Source of the DNA: Salpingoeca rosetta
Taxonomy: Eukaryota; Protista; Choanoflagellata
Assembly: GCA_033442325.1 (NCBI GenBank)
Contig: JAWQFM010000030.1
Location: 442,561-506,560 of the forward strand
DNA length: 64,000 bases
Direction of reading: 5' to 3'
Below the pieces are notes generated by a model, which did no database searches, was not told where the DNA came from, and worked only from the letters and a program-made list of their open reading frames with translations. Within the stretch, counting starts at the first letter, position 1; each line of letters begins with the position of its first letter. The translations under genes and the position numbers were made by a program. Of this stretch, positions 15,536-29,254 are shown piece by piece.

Positions 15536-16695
15536 TGTGTTTGTTTGTGTTTGTGTGTGTGTGTGTGTAAGTGTGTGTGTTTTTGTGATTATGGTTGTGT
15601 GTGTGTGTTGTGTGTGTGTTTGTATTTGTATTTGTGTGTGTGCGTGCGTGGGCTTTGTATTTGACATGAATTTTTCCTCATAAATGGACTTGCAATCAAT
15701 GAAGTTGCTTCTCTTCATGCTATTCGTGTATTTGGTGTCAAAACGCCATTGGTTGAATGCAAAGAAAGCTGGACCACCCAACTACACACTACACACTGCA
15801 CACGCGCACGCACGTCAACAACAGAGGGGTGGATTGGCACGTGTTAGGGCAACGCAGGCATCTGGACATTGTGGTTTGGTGTGATGACAGTTGCAGCCGC
15901 CACGAAGAACAGAAAACTGCACGTCAATTACACGCACATGCACAACGCATGGGATCATGAGTGGGGTAACTATTAACCATGAAAGGATGCAGGGAATGGT
16001 ACTACACTCTCACCATGGAACAGCAAACAATGGCGATGGAACACAAGCATCACTGGGGATGTAACGACAACGAACGATTGCACCAAGTAAGTGCATGTTA
16101 GGCACGACCGTAATGTAACACATTGACATTTGCGAGTACACCATGGACACTTGCAGACGTGGAGGCATCTGTCTGCATTAGGTACACTGCACGTGTGGCA
16201 CAACATGATACAAGGGCGGGGTAATAGACATCGAGGTAAGGCGAATAAACGTGACAGCGTGCAGATGCAAGCTGGAAGAGGCGAGAACCAACAACCAGCA
16301 AATGCATGGCACGGCACAAACGCATCATGGATGCTGCAGGAGAGACATGACAGGCAGAATGCACAAGTGTGAATGAACACAGGTAAGGTAAGGATCGACA
16401 ACGCGGGGAAGCGGGGGAGCGGGGGAGGCTACGTACAGAGACACACAGAGAGACACGAGGAGGAGTGCCTCAGAATTGCTGTCATGTGTGATAGCCGCAA
16501 CGGTGAGAAGTAGATACTCGCAGACGGAGCAGGGGATTGTCAACTGCAACACAGTGAAATCGTCTACAAGACGAGCAAAGGGTGGCGATTACGGAGTTGG
16601 AGCCATCTGGTTGCTCGGCCGCACGGAGGGACGAACAACGAAGCGAAGCGAAGAGTGTCAGGAGGTGTAGTTGGTGGAGAAAAGAGGAGAACTTG

Positions 16696-18119
16696 TCACG
16701 GTAGCAGAACATCCACGTTTTGGAACAGCGTGGAATTGCTTGCCAGCAGCATCTCGGTAACGATGTTGTAGAGAAGGCCTTGATTGTTCCTGATGTGAAG
16801 AAAGAATGCAACGCCTTGGTTTGGTTTGGTTGGCGCGTGGGGTTGTTCGGGGAAAGGGTGTGTGGACGCACATGTGCGCGTGGATGGCTCTTGCTGGACT
16901 GGAGAGACGAGAAGGTAAAACAGCCGGGACAACACAAGAAGGGGCCCATCCATCCGCTGCTTGTTACTGATGCCAATGCGTCATTACGCAACTTGGTTTG
17001 CGCGTGCGCGCTGGAGGCATTTCATCACGACTGCGCCAGGCATTGGAGCGAAGAATCATCATGGAACATCGTCCATGTGCAGTCCAAAGTTGAAAGTTGG
17101 TCGTTGTTTTCACACGGATCGCCAGCAGTGGTGTTGGTGGCATGCCCGTCATGTATGGTGTTGATCAAAGAAAGAACAGTGCGTTTGGGCATGGGGGAGC
17201 AAGAACAAGCGTGAGATGATAGTCGCCGGAGTATACGTGTCGTGTTCGTCTGTGAGCACTCGCATGCTCACTGGCATGACAGCGGGCATAGACGCAGTGT
17301 GCAGTCATCAGACTGAAACCCAGATGGAGGCGGGGGGGGGGGGAGAACCCACCCACACACACGCACGCACGCAATTGTGGTGGTGGTACGACACGCCAGC
17401 TGTTCGCACCTCGAATGACCATGTTGGGATCGCGATGGCACGCGGCAATGGTGCGGCAGCGTGTGCACTTGGACACTGATCGACGACAAAACCACAAAGA
17501 AAAGGAAAAAGGAAGGAGGAAAAAAAAAAAAAAGGACAAAAAAAGAAAGGGAAACGAAATACGTAGCAGAAGACAGGTTCGTGATTATTTTGAGCGATGG
17601 TATGAATGGTGAAAGCGAAGGAGTGAATGGTGAGAGGATAATAACCACTTCTGGACATTGAACAATTAAAGTGGTGGGACGTCCACAAGGACACTTGCAC
17701 TTTTTTGCAAGTGCGCGCAGACACAAGAGCAACAGCACATTCCAACAACCACAAGCGTGCGCGACACGTGTGTGTGTGTGTGTGTGAAGGTGAGAAGTGG
17801 CTCTTTATGTACACTGCTGGTTGTGCAACTCACCAGAGTCTTGGTGGAAGTTTTCATCCGTGCACTGGTAGTTTTGGGAGCACCCGCGAGGCATTTCCTT
17901 GAGATCTGCGTGCATGCAAGCAATGCGAGCAGGCAAGTAGGCATAAACATGGCGGTGATGCGAAAGCAGAAGGGTCAGCGACAGTGAAGTGGGGTGAGGT
18001 GTGTATTGAGGGAGTAAGCGAAGCTCGCAGCATCAAGCAGGACTGGAATGACGAAACAAGCTGCCAGCGTGCACACGTACACACATCGCTGAACACGCGG
18101 CAACGACTGCCCCATCTTC

Positions 18120-18169
<50 letters not shown>

Positions 18170-21100
18170 ATACCTTCGATGAGTTGGTCAAAGGAAAACT
18201 GCCGCATGTCGTTGAGGTAAAACACGCGACGCGGGTCTCGCCGCACCCATTTGCGAATGTCATTGTACACGCCACTGCACAATTGCACAATACACACGCG
18301 CGCGCGTGTGTGTGTGAATGCGCGGTTGTAAGGTTTTGGATGAGTTTCGGGTGGCGACAGAGAGAAAGATCGTGTGTTTGGGGCAAAGGGCATTTCATGT
18401 GCGTGAGCGATAAGGTAACGACGATAAGGGTCATAAACAGGCAGCGGGCGGGCAGGCTGTCGTGTGAGCTTGCCAGCACGATAGAACACTCAAACAAGAG
18501 AAACAATAGAATGCCACGTGCCAGCTTGCATCAGGTCTCACCAGTAGCACGTGGAGCACAGCTGCCTGCTCAGCCACAAGGTTTGACGACACAAACACAC
18601 AAGGCAAAGTGTGAGAATCAGTCGCATTTTACAAAACAAAACTAAACAAATGAAGTGATGCGGGCATGTCGCTCTTAAATCCTGCAACGTCTCGTCCCCC
18701 CCTCCTCTTTGGTCATCGTTGCCTCGCGCACACGCAAAGGAATGACAACAAAGGAATGACACGCACATGCGCGGCTACATCAAACAACAACGAACGAGCA
18801 CAGGTTCGCGCCCATGTTATTTCAACCCAAACACGCACAGCAAGGAAACATACAAACAGACAACCAAACAAACAGATAACCAAACAAACGCACACTCAAA
18901 AGAATGCATCACAGACTCAAACATTGCAACGACACATTCACGTCCACGCCAGCAAATTACAACGTACCCCCGCATGCCGTGATCGCTCTCGCGCTGACAG
19001 ACGCAGCAGATGTTGCTTTCGCGCTTGGCTGGCCGTGGATAGCCAAGCAGACGCGCAATGCGACTGGCTGGGTCTTCCACCGCCAGGCCAGCCATCATGT
19101 CCGTGCTGATCCCGGACGGGGATTCCACATCCCCGCTGTCCGGCATTCGCGGTTCAAATTGCGCGGCGGTCAGCTGTTGTGGGGACGCGTGCGAGCGTTG
19201 CATGGCGTCCATGTGTTGCTGCTGCAGTTGCGGTGATGTCGTCATCTGCATTGAAGGCAGCTGTGGTGCGAACGTGCCAGGCTGGAAAAACGCCTGTGCA
19301 GGCTGCTGGTGGTGCTGCTGTTGCGGCTGGTGCGATGGTGATTGCTGGTGCTGCTGTTGCGGCTGCATGGCCAGTGGTGACATCTGATGGGGAATGCCAC
19401 CAGACATGCCTGTGAGGGCAACGCCGCTGCTGTCAACAGGCAGCGCGCTGAAGTCAAGACCAGGGAACATGGATTGCATGGCCATTGGCGAGAGCTGGCG
19501 GCTTTGCTGCGGCTGCGGCTGCTGTTGTGGCTGCTGTTGCGGCTGCGGTTGAAAAGGGAACGCAGACATGGGTTGCATGCGCGCGTTGCCCATGTGTTGC
19601 TGGTGCTGCTGCCTTGACCTTGATGGTGATGCCGTCAGCTGCTGCGGTGACACTTGCTGAAACCCGCCCACTTGTTGTCGCGGAGGCTGCTGCTGCTGCT
19701 GCTGGAGTTGCTGGAGCTGGCGAAGGTTTTCAAGCAACTGCTGCTGCTGCTGTTGCTGCTGTTGCTGCTGCTGTTGTTGGTGGTGTTGCTGCTGTTGGTC
19801 TTGGGTGTCTGGCCCCTGGAAGTGTCGCAGCATCTCTGCAATGGCGACGGGAGAGACGCCCAGTGGGGGTGTGCCTGCAAGTGGCGACATGGTGCCTGTT
19901 GATTGCATCGGCGTGCGCATGCCTTGCATCATGTCACCGCCGCCGCCACCACCACCACCACCACCACCACTGAGCGTGGACGATGGCTGCTGGCGCTGTT
20001 GCGGTGCCATGCGCTGTGAGAGGTCATGGGAGCTCCCAGGTCGCTTTGCAGGGAGCGGGTCTGGGCCAGGCCGCCTCTTTCCCGAATGGGAAGGTGGGGC
20101 GTGGTTGGACGCACGCGACATGCCCGGCGATGAAGGCGACGCCGTTGACATGGGCTGCTGCTGGTGGTGGTGCTGTTGTTGCAGGAGCATCATGAGGGAG
20201 CGACCGGCATCCGGCTGCGACATGGACGATGCCGATGATGTTGCTGATGACGAAGGCACGCCAGGCATCGGCTGCTGTTGCTGCTGCTGCTGCCAGAACC
20301 CTGCACCCATGCTGGCACCCGGGGAGGGCGATGATGTGTATGACGTGGGTGACAGCGAGTATGACAGTAGTGTGGGTTGCGTGTGCTGCTGCTGCTGCTG
20401 TTGCTGCTGTGACTGCTCGCCTGATTGGTCTGCCGCGCGTCGCAGGAAGTCTTCAATCGCTTGGTGCTGCTGTTGTTGTCCCTGTGGCGGTTTGGCCTGA
20501 TGTTCCTCCTGCCCCTGTCCTTGCTGCTGCTGCTGCTGGTGCTGGGTCTTGGCCAGGCGCGCCTGCGATTGCATAATGCGTTTCTGCAGGTCGAGAATGG
20601 AGGAAACGCTTGCGTCATCGCCGCTTGCCGCCGCGCTGGCTGGCGGCATGCGTGTGCTGAGCAGCTGTTGGGTGGCGCGAGAGAGCTGGGATGACGACTG
20701 CTCATCCCCAGGCGCCTCCTGCTGCTTGTGTTCAGTTGTGCTGGACGCAAGGCCGTCATGTCTGCCGTGTGACGCGGCTGATGCCGATGCCTGCAGGCAT
20801 GAATGGACAGACAAAACAAGATGCCGCAGCACGGAAACAGTGCCATGCCGGTGAGCGACCATGACGTTGCGTTGGGAGGGGGAAATGAGCGTGTTGGGGG
20901 AAGAAAAATGTCGGTGATCAGGGACAAACCAGACCAACAAACAAACCAACAAACAAACAAACAGACAAGCCATACAAACAAACAAACAAACCAGCAAACC
21001 AGACAAACAACCCCAAAGGAAAACAGCACAACGTGCCTGTGGCGTTGCCTGCGTGGACATGGCCACGAGCGTCTCTGCCGCCTGTTGTGAGGACGAGAGA

Positions 21101-22305
21101 CCTGATTCATCGTCATCCTTCACGCGCTGGTGCTGGCGGTGGGACGTGTTGGACACAACACCGCCAATCAACGGCTCACCTTCATCCTGCATCATGCTGC
21201 TGTGACCGTGGTGGTGGTGGCGGTGGTGTTGATGATGGTGACCAGCTGCATCGCTCGCCGTGTCCATATCCATGCGAGTGTCCATCATGCTGGTTGCAGG
21301 TGCCGTGGTGGTGACACCGGCTGGGTGGGCAGCGCCAACACCCGGCGTGGATGACGGCGATGTGGTGTCTGCAAACAGATCACCATCGACAGTACCAGCG
21401 CCGCCACTGCCTGTCTCGCCCATGCTTGCTGCGTGGCGCGTTCGCTCCCCACAGGTGCCAGCACCAGCACTCCCGCTGCGTGTGAGACGGAGTGATGGCA
21501 TGGACTGCGTGCTGGTGTGTCGGAGATGCAGTGGTGGTGGGCCTTGTCCATGTGGCTGGCGTCGCATCAGCAGAGACGAGCGTGCATCCTGCTCCTGTTG
21601 CTCGTGCTGCTGCTGTTTCTGCTGCTCGTGCTGGTGGAGCGCACTTGCCTTGTTGTCTGGGTCAGTGGATTCCGCTGATGTGGCGCGCGCGTCGTGTGCG
21701 GCTGAGCCGTGAGCGGCGATGCTGTGGCTGCTCTGTGACCGCAGCGACTGCAGCTGCAGCGCCGGCGTGAGCGATGCCCCGCCCTTGTCACTCTGCATGG
21801 TGTCGGTGGCGTTGCCTGTGCTGCTTAAGTGGGTGTTGGTGGCAGCGGAAGGGTTGTTGATGTGCGCAGTTGGGTGAAGACTGGCGACGTGCGTGCCTGC
21901 ATGCAAAGGTCGGCCTTGTGCGTCACTCTGCATGACACTTGGGACCGGCAATGCCACGCCGCGGTGTTGTTGTTGGTCGTGTGTGCCGGCCTGTCGAAGT
22001 GCTGTCAGGTGCTGAAGTCCCAGTTGTTCCCAGCGAGGGTTCAGCACTGCCGCGTCTGGTGCTGTTGCCTGCAGGCGTTGCTGGTGCCGGTGGTGTGGTG
22101 GTTGTTGCTGCTGTTGCTGCTGGTTGTACTGGTGCTGTGCGAGGTCCAGGTGCTGGGTGATTGCTGGGTCAGATAGCGTGTGAAGGAGTGGCGTTAGAGG
22201 CGGAATGGCTTGGACTGCTGGTGCTGGTGCTGGTGCTTGTGCTGTTGCGAGAGGTGGTGCTGCTGCTGCCTGTTTGTCTTGTTTCCCCTGTTGCCTCTCG
22301 TCCAT
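16696..22305 (-). CDS. Gln-rich putative transcription factor with C-terminal nuclear-receptor-like double zinc finger (paralog B); final exon(s) uncertain
   Basis: ATG at 22305 (MDERQQGK), probable intron ~21036-20791, large exon to 18968, then exons 18565-18542, 18274-18174, 17905-17834 and 17475-17410. Spliced: NICCVCQRESDHGMRGQLCSTCYCGVYNDIRKWVRRDPRRVFYLNDMRQFSFDQLIEDLKEMPRGCSQNYQCTDENFHQDSVSKCTRCRTIAACHRDPNMVIR. A tentative terminal exon ...NNQGLLYNIVTEMLLASNSTLFQNVDVLLP* ends at 16696. Confidence 0.78.
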
Positions 22306-22882
22306 GCGAAGACGAGGGGTGCTTGGCTGAAACAAGCCGACGACGACGACGACGGCACGACAGCAGAGGGCTGTTACTGGTGCCAGGTGTCACTTGCCGC
22401 GGTGGTGGTGGCGCGAGAATTCACGAACAAAAGGCGATCTGTGTGGTTGTTGTGGTTCACGCGTGAAGGAAGGACAGAGCAGGCATTGTGAGGATGGTGG
22501 TGATCGAGAGATGGCACATGGGTTATGTGTGTGTGTGTGATATGTGATGCGACATGATGTGTGTGTGTGTGTCAATGGGTGAGAAGAGAAGGTGAGGAAG
22601 GGGAGAGAGGGGAATGGTTGTACATGGGAAGAGGGACAAGGCGATCATACGCTCGCACAGCGAGAGAACAAAGAGAAGTGAAAAGATTCTCAAACCGAAA
22701 CGCCGTGCTTGTGTGCATGACGACAAAACCATGACGGTCATCAACGCACAGCCACCAAAGGAGGCGGGCGGGCAGAAAGGAAGCAAAGAACGGAAGCAGA
22801 ATGGATTTGGTACAGATTTGGTTCGGTGTGATGTGCGGGTGTTGACAAATCTTGCATGGAAAGCAAACACAACGGATGTGTA

Positions 22883-22940
<58 letters not shown>

Positions 22941-23984
22941 GTGTGTACTTTTGAGTGTGTGTGTGTATGTGTACTTGCGTGTGTGTGTGTGTGTGTGTGT
23001 GGCCGGCGAGCCGAACATGGCGTGCGTACAACCGATGGCCACTCCTCATCATCAACATGCGCACAGCCATGTCAACACACGCACATAAGCACACGCTCAT
23101 GAAGATCCACACACGCGCTCAACACAGCCAACGCACGGAACATAAAGGCTGCCGCCTGCTTACCCCCTTCTCCCTGACAATGTGTGATGTAACGGGCGAA
23201 GGGTGTTGGATGAAAATGGTCGACAACACACCTTCGTTCTGCCGGCTACACACGCAAGTACAACCAATGCACACAGCGCAAGTTGTGAGAACAAGCCGTG
23301 TGTATGTGTATGTGGTGTGTGTGTGTGTGTGTATGGTGACGGGTTGGGAGAAGTGTGATGGGTGGGTGCGTGTCGGGTGATTCAACGGGGAAGATGGTGG
23401 CTGGCTGTTGGACCTGGCGATTGTATGGATGGGTGTTGATGGTGCTGGCTCGTGCATGTGACACACTAACAAGCGCCCTTTAGGCAGTGATCGTTCGCGT
23501 TGTTTGATGGCGCGGTGTGGTGGTGGTGGTGGTGTGTGAAGGTGGGTGCGTGCATGCAGGCACACGCAAAAAAACAAGCAGCAGGTGCAAGCAGTGGCCA
23601 CACTGCTGGTGCTGTGCGTGCAATGGCGTGTGATGATGGTGATGCCCAGGCCCAAACGCCACGCAATCCCCAACGCAGGTGTGCGCGGTGGGTGGAGGGA
23701 GGGAGGAGGATGGAGGGAGAGCGTGCAAAGGTGCACGGTCGTGGTGACGTGGTTGCGGGGGGGGGGGTGTAGATTGTTTGCAACCCAACAATGTGTCAGA
23801 GCAGGGTGCGCTCGTGCACGACCTACCATACAAAGCGTGGTGGCTGCTGCTGCTGCTTCTTCTTCTTCTTGGTTTGAAAGTTCGCGCCGGTGGTGGCGTT
23901 GTGTGTTGGTTTGAACAGACCGCTCGGCCTTGCTGCGTGAATGTGTGATGATGGTGAACCGGGGTGGGGGTGCGTTTGGTTCGT

Positions 23985-24043
<59 letters not shown>

Positions 24044-25526
24044 AAAGAGCAGAGGGGTAAACACAGGTGTGTTGGTTGTTAGGCTTGCAATTGGCAGTCA
24101 GCATGCAATTAGGTTTGTGTGTGAGATGTGTGTGTGTGTGTGTATGCAGTGACATGGTGCGTGACGCCGACACTACAATGGCACGTGCCACCGTCACACA
24201 CATACAAACACGACACACGGACACACACACGAACACACACATCTCACACGCATATGACACACATGCGTGTGAAGTCTGTTCAGGAGAGAGCGGAACACAA
24301 ATAATCATGGCCTAGGCGCACAAGAGCTGCAGCCTTCAAGCAAAGGGTGTACGTGGAGGGCACGCACCTCTGGTTACGGGTATGCGAACAACGCGGCTTG
24401 CTGATGTTGGCGTGCTGGGTGATTGCGGGGATTGCGATGATTGCTCACGAAGGTTGGGGGGGGGGTGGGGGGAGCAATGGACGATGGCAGCACAGGCAAA
24501 GCACCGCTCGCAGCAAGCAAGCAGCAAAAGTGGAAGCGGCGGAAGAGGGAGAGAAGGGTGGGTCCGTGCAGTGCGATGGCACTGGCGCTTTGACCTCTTT
24601 GACTTGGCGCAAGCAACTGTGGAAGCCACTGCCTTGGGTGGTGGTGGTGGTGGTGGTGGTGGTGCCACGAACGGTGTAGTGTTGGGTGGTGGGTGCAGCG
24701 TTGGGTTGGCACCGCAAGCCACAGACACAAGCAATGATCGCACACCATAACGGCAGCAATCGTCAGGAAAGGTGAGGGCAAGCGATATATCATCATGTCA
24801 GCGTGGGTCGGTGTGTTTGGTGTGCAGTGTCAGGTTGGTGTGCAGTGTCAGGTCAGGGTAGGGTTGCGTGCAGGTACATGAATGTACGTATGTGCGTGCG
24901 TGAATGTATGTGTGTAAGGAAGTGTGTGTCGGGTGGGAAGCAATCACAGGCAAGTGTCCAACAAGATGATGGGCGGGTGGGCATGTTTCAAATAAAGGCA
25001 CACAAACACACGTATGTTTACACACACACACACATACATACACAGAGAGAGATACACACCTTGCAGCTGGTGGTTTGCTGGCTTTTGTTGTGTTAAGGCA
25101 CACACTCTAGCACTCTCTTTGTCTCACACACAGCACACACAGCACACGGGCACGGATCAAGAAATGAAACACCAACACGCACAGACCAAACACACATCAA
25201 ACACCACCCACTTGCACGATCCCGCCGCCACCAGCAGTAGCAGCAGCAGCAGCAGCGATGGGTGCAGCGTGGTTGTCAGCGAATCCCGTGCTCTGTGCAA
25301 CGACCAGCCGGCCAGTGAGTGTGGTGGGAACGAACCACTTGGGAACGGCGTGAGTAAACCAGGATCTAGTCTGGGGTGTGCGGTTCGGGGGTTGTGTCAT
25401 GGGAAACGTGAGTGTGACAGCATACACACAAACGATTCGAAATCACACACATCGCACGGCTGGAATGCATGCTGGCATGCATGCATGGCAGCGAACCGAG
25501 CAGCACCAGCCAGGAGCTCCCGTACC

Positions 25527-25586
<60 letters not shown>

Positions 25587-27186
25587 CACAAACCTGCTGG
25601 GTTGAGAGACAGGAGAGGGTCACAGACCCTGGCTGGTGATCGCTGGGCTACTCAGTGGTGTGGCAGCTCTTGGTGTGGCTTGTATTGGTCGTTGGAACTG
25701 CTGTGTGCGCGCAGCAGCAGAAGCTGTCGGTACCGGGTTGGTGTTCGTTGTGTTTGCGGCGCCCTCTGGCTTGACGGGCGTCTCTTCTTGCGTTCAGTTC
25801 GAGTGTGTAGGTAGTTGCTCATGTCCCCCCGCTCCGCTTCCGCGCAATGCCGTGTTCTTCTCTGTCACTTGTCCCATCGCCAAACGAGGCAAGAGGAAGT
25901 CAGCAAGCAAGCAAGCAAGCGAGCTGGGAAGCAGCTGCTGGCGATGCGTGCAGCAGCCAACAAGCCAAACAAACAAACAACACAACTCGCCCACGTTTTT
26001 TTCCGCGCACTCTGCCTGTTTGCAGCAGCAGTCATGATGTCGTTGTGCTTTTTTCGTGTCACTCACCCACTTCTCAAACACTGTCCCGCCGCCCCAACTG
26101 AGTCCACCAAAACATGAGTGGCGTTTTGGCTCCCACGTGTTTGCACGTTCTGCCGTTCTGCAGACAACCTATGTATATCTTCAGAGTATTTTCCGAAACA
26201 CTGACGTATCGGTATTTCAAACTTGAAGGGCGAACGGAAGTGCGAATAACACCGTTGTGGGTGCACCCAACCTTGCGCGTGCGCAATGAGGCATGGGATG
26301 CAGGTTAAGTTTCGCACAGATAGTGGCTTCAGCCCCGTGCAGATGTGCTATCCACCGACATGATGCAATTGAAGGGAACTTCCTTTCACCGGACACGGGT
26401 GGCGAAGACGTCTGTGCTGTCAAGGCAGCAAGAACAAATGGGGGGAAGGCAAAGTCACACAGAACACGAGGAGGCAACTTGGGGGCAAGGGTTGTGCGAT
26501 GAGAGTGGACACGTAGAGAACACGTTGTTCACATTCCACGGAGCCGCGAGTGGGGCTGAAAGGAGGAGCAGAGAGGTGAGGTGAGGTTTTGTGTGAGGTG
26601 AGGTGAGAGCATATGTGATGTAATGTAACACGGGTGAAGGAACAGGGGTTGATGTGAGATACATGACCAAACGGTGGTGGGAACACGGTGACTGCTTGTT
26701 GTGACCTCGACCTGCCTGATGGACCGTGAGCCTAGCTAGTATGTTGTTCAAAAGGATGCTAAGGAATGCAAAGGTGCTGGTGCTAGTGCACAGGCTGGCG
26801 CGGTGCTGGGGTGATGTGTGGGTTGGTGTGGCAATGCGCGACAGCGATGCAGGGGTGCGTGGGATGGCAGTGTTTGCAGATAGAGCAAAGGAGACAAGAG
26901 AAGGTACGTGTGCGTGCGTGTATGCATGTGCGTGTATACATGTGTGTTGATTGATTGAAACACGGAAGCGGGACGCGCATGGCATGGTATGGAGAGACGA
27001 TGTACATTCATGTGTGTGAAGTGTGATGGTGTATGATGGTGTATTGAAGAGCACACGGAAATCGGCAACATGCATGGCAACCAAACACCAAAGATGTGGG
27101 TTGTGCCATGGTCAGAAGCAGCAGCAATGACAAAGGATGGGGGGGGGGAGGGTGGGGTTGGCTTCGTGGATGGATACACTTGAGCC

Positions 27187-27270
27187 ACATGACACCACAG
27201 AAACACATGACACCCCAGAAACACATGACAACACAGAAACACATGACAACACAGAAACGCATGACAACAA
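27187..27270. repeat. 18-bp minisatellite (acatgacaMcacagaaac), about 4.5 copies
   Basis: Direct tandem copies visible in the sequence. Confidence 0.8.
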
Positions 27271-27357
27271 AAACGAAGACACACACATGCTCACTGCACA
27301 ACAACACAGGAAAGCCAGGCAGGGAGGGGCCGAACAACAAGGTGTTGATTGAATGAG

Positions 27358-27532
27358 TCAGAAGAGGGGCTGGTCACACTTGAGGCCACAGGAGCCATCA
27401 CATGTGCACGACCACAGCGCACGAAACGCCCACGTGCCAGCAGTGTTCACAAGCACGCCCTGCGTCATGTGTGTGTGCGTGTGTGAAATCGTGTGAGGAG
27501 GGGGGATTGCAGCTGCGCTAAGTACACATAAG

Positions 27533-27566
<34 letters not shown>

Positions 27567-27609
27567 GCACGCACATACACACGCACGCACATACACACAT
27601 ACACACGCA

Positions 27610-27672
<63 letters not shown>

Positions 27673-28519
27673 ATGGCACCATGGCTATGCACCTTTCGGG
27701 TGATGCCCCAGTCGGCAGCAGCGGACGATGACGTTTGCACGTGGCGATCAAGGGGCGTGTCACCCGACCCTTCAAACAACCTGCAGGCAGAAACGAACGT
27801 GGTCGAGTGAGATTGTGTGTGTGTGTGGTGTTGGGTTTGTGTTTGCTGCTGTGTTTGCGTGCATGAGCGTGCGTTTGCGTGTTTACATGGCATGCATTGC
27901 ACATGCGCTGCTGCACGTACGGGTCGGAAAAGACGGTGGCTGGTGTTGCGATGGTCGATGTCTCGGTCACTTCCTGCCACGTCAAACCTGCAAACCAGCA
28001 CAAACAAAGGTGTTGAAGTGTTGGTGCGTGCTTGAGTTGGGAAAGGCGGAAAGCACGACAAGCAGCGCTTTCGGACGCCATGTGACACCGAGCATATGTC
28101 ACTACAAACCAGCACAGGCAAACAGACAGACAGACAGAGACACACACACACACACTATGCATACCTCCGTCAATGCTGGCAAGAGTGGCGTTTGTTGGAC
28201 TGACGGCAAACAGACGAGAGTCTGTTCCCGTTCCAATCAGAGATCGGATGGCAGGAAGCGCTGCGGTGGGGTTGGGGGGGGGTTGGCGGTGCAATGAGCA
28301 GAGTGAGTGAGTGAGTGAGTGAGTGAGTGAGTGAGTGAGTGAGTGAGTGAGTGAGTGAGTGAGTGAGTGAGTGAGTGAGTGAGTGAGTGAGTGAGTGAGT
28401 GTGTGTGTGTGTGTGTAAAAGAGAGATTGTGTGGGTTTGTGAACAACTGTGGTGTGGCGATAGCGTGGCAGTTGAGATCCAGCAAACAAAGGCAATCAGT
28501 GACCACCAAAACACATACA

Positions 28520-28560
<41 letters not shown>

Positions 28561-29205
28561 GCACACAGGCTCACTCACTTGACCAGCCCGCTGTGCCATC
28601 GTCAACTGTGGCGAAGCAGCCGTCTTTGCTGCATGCAAGCACGCGCTGGCTCGGGTGGTGCGCAAGGAGCTGCCGGAAACACTCGCAATCGCGCTCTGGT
28701 CACCAGTTATGCGTGTGTGTGTGTGAGTGAGTGCGGGTGTGTGTGAGTGTGAGAATGTGTGCGAGTATGCGAGAAGGTGTATGTGTGTGCGTGTGTGTAT
28801 GCGTGTGCGCGTGTGAGAAGACAATCGAGGAGTATGAAGATGTGATTGGGTGTGGTACGGGTCAACAGCAGCCACTCTCACACGCAAGCAAGTATGCATG
28901 CAAGCACCGAGTCCCCAACTCACCCTGCTGGGTGGTGTTGGTTGACGTTGGCGGCGGCGTGCTGGTGCTTCCATCCGCCGGGACTGAAGTCGAGAACAGA
29001 ACGCAATAGAAGGGGGATGGCACAGGAGAAGGGAAATAGAAGAAAGGTAAGGAAAGGGTAATCGGGGTGATGATGATGATGATACGTGAGCAAGCCGAAG
29101 GTGCGTGTGCAAGCACACTTGTTATGCCCACATGCACCTGCATGCATGCAAGCTTGCATTCTCATCAAAAAAAGAAAAACGACCAAACAAGACAGGGCCC
29201 GCGTG

Positions 29206-29254
<49 letters not shown>

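Noticed and set aside
27187-27270. Short regularly spaced repeats (also 50445-50515, 52535-52612 and 55447-55490) considered as CRISPR-like arrays
   Set aside because: Head-to-tail minisatellites with no unique spacers and no cas genes, in a eukaryotic intronic or intergenic context.
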